From Candidatus Saccharimonadales bacterium (GTDB lineage Bacteria > Patescibacteriota > Saccharimonadia > Saccharimonadales > UBA4665), in assembly GCA_035692985.1 (NCBI GenBank), contig DASSHG010000009.1, positions 7,717-71,716 on the forward strand: DNA of 64,000 bases, in the 5' to 3' direction. The notes beneath the pieces are model-generated. The model was given only the letters and a program-made list of their open reading frames with translations. It had not been told where the DNA came from and made no database searches. Positions 6,925-13,900 of the stretch are shown piece after piece. A program made the position numbers and the translations under genes. Position 1 is the stretch's first letter. Each line of letters opens with the position of its first letter.

Positions 6925-7952
6925 GTGTCGGCCTCCTCACCGGATAGTCGATAGAAGTCCGCCACCCGATACCAGTCCTCATCAATGAGGCCGATGAATT
7001 CATCGGCTGCTCGTTGCCAACGGTGGTAATCGCAGTCGCACTCTCCGCCGTCCGGCTCTAGGCAGTTCGCCCACCGGAGCCATACCCCCATCAGCTCTTG
7101 GCGTCGCTCACCAGCCTCGACCAAGAGATTTCCAAAGCCGTCCAACTCCTCATGCGGCGCATCAGCCAGCAACGTCCGGAGCCAGGAGCTGTCGGTCTCG
7201 CCTAGCGGCGCAAGAAGCTGGAGCTGGTAAATAGCGTCGGCCGCGGCGATCTCGCAGTCCATCTCCGCCAGCAGCCACAGGCCGCCTTGCTCATCCACGA
7301 AACGCTGCAAGGCCAGCTCAAACCTAGCCCACTGCCAGGTGATGTTGGCCAGGCGGTCAGAGACGGCGTGCCGGTCCTCCTCCTCGGCCGCCAGGTATCC
7401 CCTGAGCACCACCAGGTCATTTCTCATGCCAGCTACCGGTGTCCAGATGCGCCGGTAGCTACGGTGTTGCTCCAGCCAGTCGATGCCCAGGCCGGACTGC
7501 TCCGGCGTGCGCTCGGCTTCCATTCGGTGCCGGTGTCGCAAGCGGTAAGCGCTGTCAGCCGCACACAACTCGTCGGCAACCGCTTCGAGCAGCAATGGCT
7601 CGCGCTCCTTGCGGAAATGTTCCTGCGAGACGTGCAGGGCTCCGGCGGCTTGCCGTCGCCGCTCCTTGAGCAAGGAGCCACGAGTACCCGTAGCCAGGCC
7701 CAGCAAGATAGAGGCTGGCCCATTGCTACCGCCATCCAACCGCTGCGCGGCCTCCACGATCAGGGTATGGGCAGCCACCGCGAGATCGGTGTCTTGCTCG
7801 CTAGCTGACTTAGCTTTCACGAGCGCCAAGCCCAGGACCGTCGAGCAGGCCCGTAGGCCCTCGGTCGTGACGCCGCCGCGCAGCAAGTCTCCCAGCTCAG
7901 CGGCCAGCTCATCAGGTGACGGGATAGCTGCCTCGTTCATCAAGTTCCCCAC
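6912..7952 (-). CDS. hypothetical protein (346 aa; start GTG 7952 or ATG 7940)
   Basis: Long GC-rich ORF with a Cys/His-containing C-terminal part (CLEPDGGECDCDYH). No family recognised. Confidence 0.6.
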   Translation of the reverse strand: MGNLMNEAAIPSPDELAAELGDLLRGGVTTEGLRACSTVLGLALVKAKSASEQDTDLAVAAHTLIVEAAQRLDGGSNGPASILLGLATGTRGSLLKERRRQAAGALHVSQEHFRKEREPLLLEAVADELCAADSAYRLRHRHRMEAERTPEQSGLGIDWLEQHRSYRRIWTPVAGMRNDLVVLRGYLAAEEEDRHAVSDRLANITWQWARFELALQRFVDEQGGLWLLAEMDCEIAAADAIYQLQLLAPLGETDSSWLRTLLADAPHEELDGFGNLLVEAGERRQELMGVWLRWANCLEPDGGECDCDYHRWQRAADEFIGLIDEDWYRVADFYRLSGEEADTYGV

Positions 7953-8316
7953 TAAAGCACCGGGAAGCCCCCACTTGCTTCCTCGACGATGCGGTCGTGA
8001 ACAAACCGACCGTCTTTCTCATCGTCGCCATCGTAACCCTGAGCTTCTTGGTCTCGGCTGGACCGGCGCTGGTGGCTCTCGCTAACGCTGCCGTTCCACT
8101 CGTCCTGGTCGTCGGCGTGGTGGTCGTGGCGCTACGGCTCGTCTTTTTCCACACCCGACGCTGGTGATGGCAGGTGGAGATTTCAAGTTGTGCATTCCAC
8201 GCCTTGACCGGCCAACTGAAGCAGGCGGACAATGGAGGGTTACGTCTGAACCTGAGTTCCTCGCCCTCATCCCCGAAAACGTGACCTTCAAGAACTAAAT
8301 GAAGGGAGGTATCACC

Positions 8317-8469
8317 ATGCCAAGAAAACGAAAACCGACCAGGCAGGTCCGGGTCCGCGACATACCGCTGTCTGAGATTGACGAGACGAAGGTCGCCCTG
8401 GCGTTCTGGCTGATGGCCAAGCGCCTCATTGACGAACAGGACGCCGAAAGCGAATCGGTAGCGCCGTGA
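8317..8469 (+). CDS. 50-aa basic/acidic small protein, first gene of the transfer operon
   Basis: GAAGGGAGG lies 7 nt before the ATG. Its stop overlaps the next start (GTGA). Sequence MPRKRKPTRQVRVRDIPLSEIDETKVALAFWLMAKRLIDEQDAESESVAP. Confidence 0.45.
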   Translation: MPRKRKPTRQVRVRDIPLSEIDETKVALAFWLMAKRLIDEQDAESESVAP

Positions 8470-10547
8470 CCCACAAGAAGCTGGACTGGTTTCAGCTTCA
8501 GTTTCCGCAGGGAGTTGAGACAGACCACCTGCTGGCTGGCCTGTCGTCGTTCTCCGGCGTCCCGTTCCGCGCCCGCATCGTCCTCGACCTGACCGCCACG
8601 GCGGAAGGCATCAAGCACTTGCTGGGCGTAACGCCCAAAGACACCGGCACCGTCACCGCCGCGCTGCGCGCCGCCATGCCGAGTCTGCGCCTGGCTCACG
8701 TCGAAGCGCCACCGCGCCCACCACGCCGCTGGCTGTGGCAGACAGCGCCCCGCGTCGCCAGCCTGCGTAGTGAGGAGCCAATCGCCATTGCCGCCGCTCT
8801 CTTGTCCAGCCTGTTCCCGCTGGACGGTGATGAGGCTGTCCGTCTCACCTGGACGCTGCGCTCCTGGCCACGGCCGCCGTTGCCAGTCGGCCGCTATGAC
8901 GCCCAGGACGGACGAGAAAGGGTAGTGCGCGCCAAGCTGAGCCTGCCGGGCCTTGCCGCCTACGGCGAGCTGTCAACTGTCGCCAAAACGCCAGCCCGCC
9001 GTGCCGAGCTGACTCAGCGCACCGCCTCGGCCCTATGGAGCCTCAGCACTCCCTTTGGTCGCTTGGCCGTTGACCCATACTGGCTCGGACAAGTAGCCCG
9101 CCTGCTTGGCCTGCGCGGCCGTTACCTGAGCGCTCCAGAGCTGGCCGCCGTCATCGGCTGGCCGGTCGGCAGTCCCGACCTACCAGGCCTGGAGCTGGGC
9201 GCGGCCAAGCGGCTGGTGCCCGCCGCCAGCCTGCCCGAAGACGGCCGGGTTCTCGGTGTAAGCGACTTCGCCGGAATCACCCGACCGGTTGCTATCTCCG
9301 CCACCGCCTCGACGCGCGGGCTGTACGTCCTCGGCCCCACCGGCACCGGTAAGACCAATCTACTCAAGAACCTCATCCGCGATGACCTCGAGCAGGGCCG
9401 GGGCCTGGTGGTCGTGGAGACCAACGGCGATCTCATCCAAGAGCTGTGCGATGTCATCCCGCCGGAGCGTGTGAATGACGTAGTGCTGCTCGACCCGACC
9501 GACCGCGACAGCGCCGTCGGCTTCAACCCCCTCGCCAGCGGTTCCGAGCCCTCCCTGATCGCCGACCAGCTCTCTGAGCTGTTCCAGCGGCTCTGGGAGG
9601 CGTTCTGGGGACCGCGCACCGCCCAGCTGACCCACATGGGCTTGCTAACCCTGGCGCGCCGTCCTGGTTCCACGCTACTCGACCTGCCGCGCCTCTACCT
9701 TGACTCCGCTTTCCGCGAGAAGGTGTTGGCCGACCTGGACGATCCTCTCGGCCTCGGCCCGGACTGGCAGTGGTTCGAGAACCTGCCGACCCGCGAACAG
9801 GCCAACGTCGTCGCCCCCCTGCTCAACAAGGTGCGCGCCTTCACCGCGCGTCCGGCCATCCGCGCCATCGTCGGCCAGCCGAAGCCGCGCCTCACCATGC
9901 ACCAGATCATCGAGCAGAAAAAGGTGCTGCTCGTCCACCTGCCAAAGGGCCTGATCGGCTCCGAGACCGCACAACTGCTCGGCTGTCTCGTCCTCACAGC
10001 CGTTTGGCAGGCCGCCGCCGAACGGGCCGCCTTGCCGCCGAGCCAGCGCCACCCGGTCTCGCTCTACGTCGATGAGGTACAGGACTTCGCCTCGGCCCCG
10101 GTGCCCTGGGACGAGATGTTCGCCCAGGGGCGCAAGTACGGGCTGGCTCTGACCGCCGCCCATCAGAACCTTGAGCAACTGCCGAAGGAGCTGAGGGAGG
10201 TTGTGCTGGCCAATGCCCGTTCAAAGGCGGTGTTCGCCCTCAGCGCCACGGACGCGAGGACTATGGAGCGGCTGTTTGAGCCCGCCCTGACAGCCGCCGA
10301 CCTGCAAGCCCTTGACGCTTACTCGGTCGCCGCCCTGGTGGCACTGGACAATGGCAGCGCCGCCCGGCCGGTGACGCTGACCACGCCGCCGCCCGTGAAG
10401 TCACTGGGCAGCAGGGCGCAGGTCCGCGCGACCTCGCACCAACATTACGCCCGCCCGCGAGCTGAGATCGAGGCCGAACTGCGCCGAGGCGTAACTCCAA
10501 GGCGACCCAAAACGCCAGTCGGCCGCAAGCCCCGGAGGGCGTCATGA
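8466..10547 (+). CDS. TraD/VirD4-family (type IV secretion DNA-transfer) P-loop ATPase without N-terminal TM
   Basis: Walker A GPTGTGKT and Walker B LYVDEVQDF. The C-terminal FAQGRKYGLALTAAHQNLEQL resembles the TraD/TraG coupling-protein module. Confidence 0.7.
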   Translation: MTHKKLDWFQLQFPQGVETDHLLAGLSSFSGVPFRARIVLDLTATAEGIKHLLGVTPKDTGTVTAALRAAMPSLRLAHVEAPPRPPRRWLWQTAPRVASLRSEEPIAIAAALLSSLFPLDGDEAVRLTWTLRSWPRPPLPVGRYDAQDGRERVVRAKLSLPGLAAYGELSTVAKTPARRAELTQRTASALWSLSTPFGRLAVDPYWLGQVARLLGLRGRYLSAPELAAVIGWPVGSPDLPGLELGAAKRLVPAASLPEDGRVLGVSDFAGITRPVAISATASTRGLYVLGPTGTGKTNLLKNLIRDDLEQGRGLVVVETNGDLIQELCDVIPPERVNDVVLLDPTDRDSAVGFNPLASGSEPSLIADQLSELFQRLWEAFWGPRTAQLTHMGLLTLARRPGSTLLDLPRLYLDSAFREKVLADLDDPLGLGPDWQWFENLPTREQANVVAPLLNKVRAFTARPAIRAIVGQPKPRLTMHQIIEQKKVLLVHLPKGLIGSETAQLLGCLVLTAVWQAAAERAALPPSQRHPVSLYVDEVQDFASAPVPWDEMFAQGRKYGLALTAAHQNLEQLPKELREVVLANARSKAVFALSATDARTMERLFEPALTAADLQALDAYSVAALVALDNGSAARPVTLTTPPPVKSLGSRAQVRATSHQHYARPRAEIEAELRRGVTPRRPKTPVGRKPRRAS

Positions 10548-10663
10548 GCGCGCCGCTCGCCCGTCCGGTCGCGTCGAGCAGACCGCCGCTCATTCCAGCT
10601 CTCAAAGCCCCAACCCGGCCCATTTCGCTAACGACTGATTACGGAAAACGAGGTTGGCAATGA
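10544..10663 (+). CDS. possible 39-aa Pro/Arg-rich micro-ORF
   Basis: ATGA overlaps at both ends (10544-10547 and 10660-10663), with CGGAGGG upstream. Its composition could equally be GC-rich noise. Confidence 0.3.
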   Translation: MSAPLARPVASSRPPLIPALKAPTRPISLTTDYGKRGWQ

Positions 10664-11478
10664 GCGCCCGCTACGTCACGGCAGCGGCACTGCGGAAGCT
10701 GGCCGCCCAGCTCACCGAGCGGGACCACGAACTCGTCCAGACGGTCTGCGTCCTGCGCTTCGTGTCCGGCTCCCAGCTTCAACGGATGCACTTCACGGAC
10801 GCCGAAGGCGACGACGCCAACGCCCGCACCGCTCGCCGGGCTCTACTGCGCCTCGTCAGCCTGGGCGTGCTGGAGCGTCTGCCACGCCAGGTCGGAGGCG
10901 TCCGCGCCGGGAGTGCTGGATTCGTCTACCGGCTTGGCCGTGCCGGTCAGCGCCTGGCCGTCGAGCGGGGCTGGTCGTCGAACAGCCGCCGCCAGTGGCA
11001 GTCGCACGTACCGGGCAGGTTGTTCCTCGACCACGCCCTCCAGGTTGCTGAACTGCACACGCTGATCGTGGAAGCCGACCGCGCCGGGCTGGTCGAGTTG
11101 CTGTGGCTGGAGGCAGAGCCCGCCTGCTGGCGGTCCTACGGCCAGCGCGCCACTCTCAAGCCGGACAGCCATGTCCGGCTGGGCATCGGTGACTACGAGG
11201 ACAGCTACATGATTGAGGTGGACATGGGAACCGAGAGCAGCCGGACGCTGGAGCGCAAGCTGGGCGACTACCTGACCTACGAAGCCAGCGGGCGCGAGCA
11301 GGCCGAGCACGGCGTCTTCCCCAAGACGCTCTGGCTGGTGCCGGACGCAGAGCGGGCGAGGGTCATCGAGAGCTGCATCGAGCGGCTGCCGCGCTCAGCG
11401 CATCGGCTGTTCGCCGTCAACCAGTTCAAGGACGTGATCGCGGCCGTCGCGACCCCTGAACCAGCGGACAAAGGCTAG
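10660..11478 (+). CDS. replication-relaxation (Replic_Relax-like) family protein
   Basis: RRALLRLVSLGVLERLPRQVGGVRAGSAGFVYRLGRAGQRL (wHTH) and KPDSHVRL...YMIEVDMGTES...LERKLGDY match my recollection of the family. ATG 10660 follows ACGAGG. Confidence 0.65.
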   Translation: MSARYVTAAALRKLAAQLTERDHELVQTVCVLRFVSGSQLQRMHFTDAEGDDANARTARRALLRLVSLGVLERLPRQVGGVRAGSAGFVYRLGRAGQRLAVERGWSSNSRRQWQSHVPGRLFLDHALQVAELHTLIVEADRAGLVELLWLEAEPACWRSYGQRATLKPDSHVRLGIGDYEDSYMIEVDMGTESSRTLERKLGDYLTYEASGREQAEHGVFPKTLWLVPDAERARVIESCIERLPRSAHRLFAVNQFKDVIAAVATPEPADKG

Positions 11479-11526
11479 GAACGACTTGTTCCTGCAAGTA
11501 AAATAGAAGGAATAGAGAGGAGGGAT

Positions 11527-13329
11527 ATGAACCAAGAACAACCAACTAAACGCGCCGTCATCTACCTGCGCGTGTCGTCGGCCCAGCAGGCCGACAAGGA
11601 CTTCGACGCCGAGGGCTTCTCCATCCCCGGCCAACGCGAAGCCTGCACCCGCGAGGCCGACAAGCTCGGCGCTGAGATAGCTGATGAATACATCGACCGG
11701 GGCGAGTCCGCCAAGACCGCCCGCCGACCGGCGCTCCGGGCAATGCTCGACCGACTAGGGCGCAGCGACATTGACTACGTGATCGTCCACAAGGTGGACC
11801 GCCTGGCAAGGAACCGCGCCGACGACATCGAGATCGTCATGACCATCCGCAAAGCCGGAGCCCAGCTCGTCTCCGTCACCGAGAACATCGACGAGACGCC
11901 CTCGGGCCTGCTGATGCACGGCATCATGTCGTCAATCGCCGAGTTCTACAGCCGCAACCTGGCGGCTGAGGTCATGAAGGGGACGACGCAGAAGGCCAAG
12001 AGCGGGGGCACGCCGTTCCGTGCACCGGTCGGCTATCTGCACGACCGCCTGACGGTCGATGGCCGCGAGGTCCGCACCGTGGTTCTCGACCCGGAGCGCG
12101 CCCCGTTGATCCGCGAAGCCTTCAAGCTCTACACCACCGGCGACTACTCGCTTGCCGAGCTGGCGGCGATCATGGAGGAACGCGGCCTGCGCTCCCGCCC
12201 GACCCGCAAGTACTCGTCCCGCGCCCTCAAAGTCAAGGATCTGCACGCCATCCTGCGCAACTCCTACTACGTAGGCGTCGTCACCTACAACGGCAAGACC
12301 TATCCCGGTCGACACGAGCCGCTGGTGGACGAGGCGACGTTTGAGGAAGTTGGGGAGCTACTGACTTCCAAGCGCGTCAGCGGCGAACGCCCCTGGCGGC
12401 ACTTCCACTACCTGCGCGGTTCCATTTACTGCGGCGAGTGCCGCCGACGCCTGATCTACAGCCGCGCCAAAGGCAAGGGCGGCGAGTACGAGTACTTCGT
12501 CTGCGGGGGTCGCCAGCACGGCAACTGCAAACAGCGCAGCCACCGCGTGGAAGCAGTCGAGGCAGCCGTAGAGAACGCCTACGCCGACAAGGAGCTGAAC
12601 GACGAGCAGCGCGAGAAAGTCCGGCAGGCGATCCAGTCTCAGGTAGACGCCCTGACGCTCTTGTCCGCCGAGAAGGTGGCCGAGGGCGAAACGAAACTCG
12701 CCGAGCTTGAGAGGCAGGAACGGAAGCTCCTGACCGCCCACTACGCCGACCAGATATCCGAGGCGCTGTTCGCCGAGGAGCAGAAACGGATCAAACGGGA
12801 GCGCGTCGGTGCCGAAAAGCGCATCGACAGCCTGAGCGTCGATCACGAACAAGCCATGCAGACGCTCGACCTGGCACTCGCCCTGACGGACGACACCCAG
12901 CGGGCCTATCTGCAAGCTGGGCCGCAAGAACGGCGGCTACTGAACCAGGGGCTCTCAGACCGATTCGAGATACGGGACGAGGAAGTCGTCTGCGACCACC
13001 GAGCCGAGCCCTTCGGCCAGCTCCGCAAGCTCGGCAAGGGCTGGGACGGCAGCGAAGCCGCCACCAAAGCCAAAACCCTCGCCTCTGCTGAGAGAGACGA
13101 GGGTTTGAACGTCGCAAGCTTGGTACCCCGGGTAGGATTCGAACCTACGACCTATGGGTTAGAACTCCATTGCTCTATCCAGCTGAGCTACCGGGGCTTG
13201 GGGTGTTACGTGGTGCGGGATGGCGGAATCGAACCGCCAGCTCTAGCTTGGAAGGCTAGCGTATTAGCCGTTATACAAATCCCGCATAACAGAGGTGATT
13301 ATATCATACATGCTACAATCACAGCATGA
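11527..13329 (+). CDS. large serine recombinase (integrase); the last ~70 codons are read antisense through host tRNA genes
   Basis: AVIYLRVSSAQQ (catalytic Ser), VHKVDRLARN, a recombinase domain, the zinc ribbon CGECRRRL...FVCGG...GNC and a coiled coil. There is no stop before the att core at 13121. Stop TGA 13327-13329 lies in host DNA. Confidence 0.85.
   Translation: MNQEQPTKRAVIYLRVSSAQQADKDFDAEGFSIPGQREACTREADKLGAEIADEYIDRGESAKTARRPALRAMLDRLGRSDIDYVIVHKVDRLARNRADDIEIVMTIRKAGAQLVSVTENIDETPSGLLMHGIMSSIAEFYSRNLAAEVMKGTTQKAKSGGTPFRAPVGYLHDRLTVDGREVRTVVLDPERAPLIREAFKLYTTGDYSLAELAAIMEERGLRSRPTRKYSSRALKVKDLHAILRNSYYVGVVTYNGKTYPGRHEPLVDEATFEEVGELLTSKRVSGERPWRHFHYLRGSIYCGECRRRLIYSRAKGKGGEYEYFVCGGRQHGNCKQRSHRVEAVEAAVENAYADKELNDEQREKVRQAIQSQVDALTLLSAEKVAEGETKLAELERQERKLLTAHYADQISEALFAEEQKRIKRERVGAEKRIDSLSVDHEQAMQTLDLALALTDDTQRAYLQAGPQERRLLNQGLSDRFEIRDEEVVCDHRAEPFGQLRKLGKGWDGSEAATKAKTLASAERDEGLNVASLVPRVGFEPTTYGLELHCSIQLSYRGLGCYVVRDGGIEPPALAWKASVLAVIQIPHNRGDYIIHATITA
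13073..13106. repeat. perfect 9-bp inverted repeat (AAACCCTCG N16 CGAGGGTTT) 14 nt from the att core
   Basis: Seen directly. It lies inside the int ORF. It could be part of an att arm or a hairpin terminating the tRNA transcript. Confidence 0.5.
13121..13129. repeat. attR core, direct repeat TGGTACCCC (reverse complement of the tRNA-Arg 3' end GGGGTACCA)
   Basis: Identical to 782-790. GC-rich DNA ends here. Confidence 0.7.
13121..13197 (-). tRNA. tRNA-Arg (anticodon TCT), CCA encoded
   Basis: Hand-folded cloverleaf GCCCCGG/TA/GCTC..GAGC/ATGGA-GTTCTAA-CCCAT/AGGTC/GTAGG-TTCGAAT-CCTAC/CCGGGGT-ACCA. It has an A31-C39 mismatch and a G1-U72 pair. Confidence 0.85.
13211..13285 (-). tRNA. tRNA-Gly (anticodon TCC), CCA encoded
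   Basis: GCGGGAT..CTAGC-CTTCCAA-GCTAG..GGCGG-TTCGATT-CCGCC-ATCCCGC-ACCA. Confidence 0.9.
13289..13306 (-). promoter_or_regulatory. tRNA-Gly/Arg promoter: TGATATAATCACCTCTGT, ending 3 nt before the mature tRNA 5' end
   Basis: The 15-nt TATAATCACCTCTGT is identical at 16274-16288 (+) and 19513-19527 (-). Confidence 0.6.
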
Positions 13330-13553
13330 TAAGTGACTTTGCTTTCCTGGGCTTCGGCCCACTTATGAGCACAGTGGTCATCTTGGTTTTGCTGATTATT
13401 TTCGCGTTTGAAATTTGGATGTTCGTCAGCGCTATCACCAATAAAGTCATTGCCGGTACCGCCAAAATCTGGTGGATCGTGGGGATGGTGCTGATACACC
13501 CAATCGTGGCCATTATCTATTACTTTACCGACTATAAAAAAGAAGGCAGATAA
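13326..13553 (+). CDS. small membrane protein, PLD-nuclease N-terminal (PLDc_N)-like
   Basis: Two TM helices. ...FEIWMFVSAI...AKIWWIVGMVLIHPIVAIIYYF resembles the PLDc_N pattern. TGCTACAAT lies 6 nt before the ATG. Confidence 0.5.
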   Translation: MISDFAFLGFGPLMSTVVILVLLIIFAFEIWMFVSAITNKVIAGTAKIWWIVGMVLIHPIVAIIYYFTDYKKEGR

Positions 13554-13819
13554 TGGCCGCTCAACGATCCGACCCAGATAAAATTACCGAGATATCCACC
13601 GAGGCTCTGCACAGGCTGATCCAACAGCGGGACAGCGCCTTTAAGCGCCTGCCCCTCCTCTTTACTTTGCTGGGCGCATTCGGGCTAATGGCAACGTTTT
13701 ACGGATTCCAGCACATCATTAATAAGATTCCCGTACTGGCTGACAACCCCCTAATCACTCTCTGCGTAGGTTTGTTAACCCTTCTATTGACGGGTACTTT
13801 ATACAAGAAACTTGGCTGA
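13553..13819 (+). CDS. hypothetical membrane protein (88 aa)
   Basis: TAATG overlap with the upstream gene. Two predicted TM helices. Confidence 0.45.
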   Translation: MAAQRSDPDKITEISTEALHRLIQQRDSAFKRLPLLFTLLGAFGLMATFYGFQHIINKIPVLADNPLITLCVGLLTLLLTGTLYKKLG

Positions 13820-13900
13820 TGGTAAACCTGTTGTTCTGCGTTATTGCTTCTTAAAGGTGTCTGCTATATGCTGAGGATAGATTAAGCGTAAGGATTATCC

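Larger units (their letters stand above)
782..13129. mobile_element. GC-rich integrative (putatively mobilizable/conjugative) element inserted at the 3' end of tRNA-Arg(TCT)
   Basis: 9-bp direct repeats lie at both ends, and base composition shifts abruptly at exactly those points. It encodes a serine integrase, a Replic_Relax-like protein and a TraD-like ATPase. Confidence 0.75.

Noticed and set aside
7953-8316. Possible genes in the 365-nt gap, including track ORFs 7912..8232 and 8082..8291 and an acidic frame ending in TAGTG at the start of the 346-aa gene
   Set aside because: The acidic frame has no ATG, GTG or TTG start after its upstream stop. The two track ORFs are Arg/Thr/Ser-rich with no ribosome-binding site. 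The region is treated as non-coding control or possible oriT DNA.
8295-8699. Minus-strand 134-aa ORF
   Set aside because: It lies antisense to the SD-led 50-aa ORF and to the start of the TraD-like gene. This is a typical spurious open frame in GC-rich DNA.
9122-10623. Many 60-180-aa ORFs on both strands inside the TraD-like gene
   Set aside because: All overlap a long ORF with Walker A/B motifs. Their Arg/Pro/Ala-rich compositions are typical of out-of-frame GC-rich sequence.
13073-13106. Inverted repeat interpreted as the host terminator of the tRNA-Gly/Arg transcript, which would move the element boundary leftward
   Set aside because: It lies on the GC-rich side of the 9-bp repeat, has a 16-nt loop and only a broken T-tract. 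The direct repeat and composition break place the junction at 13121-13129. It is kept as a feature of unknown role (att arm or hairpin).
13121-13197. G1-U72 wobble pair in tRNA-Arg as a scar of integration
   Set aside because: The elongator tRNA-Met at 60997-61073, far from any element, also has G1-U72. The wobble pair is therefore probably native to this genome.
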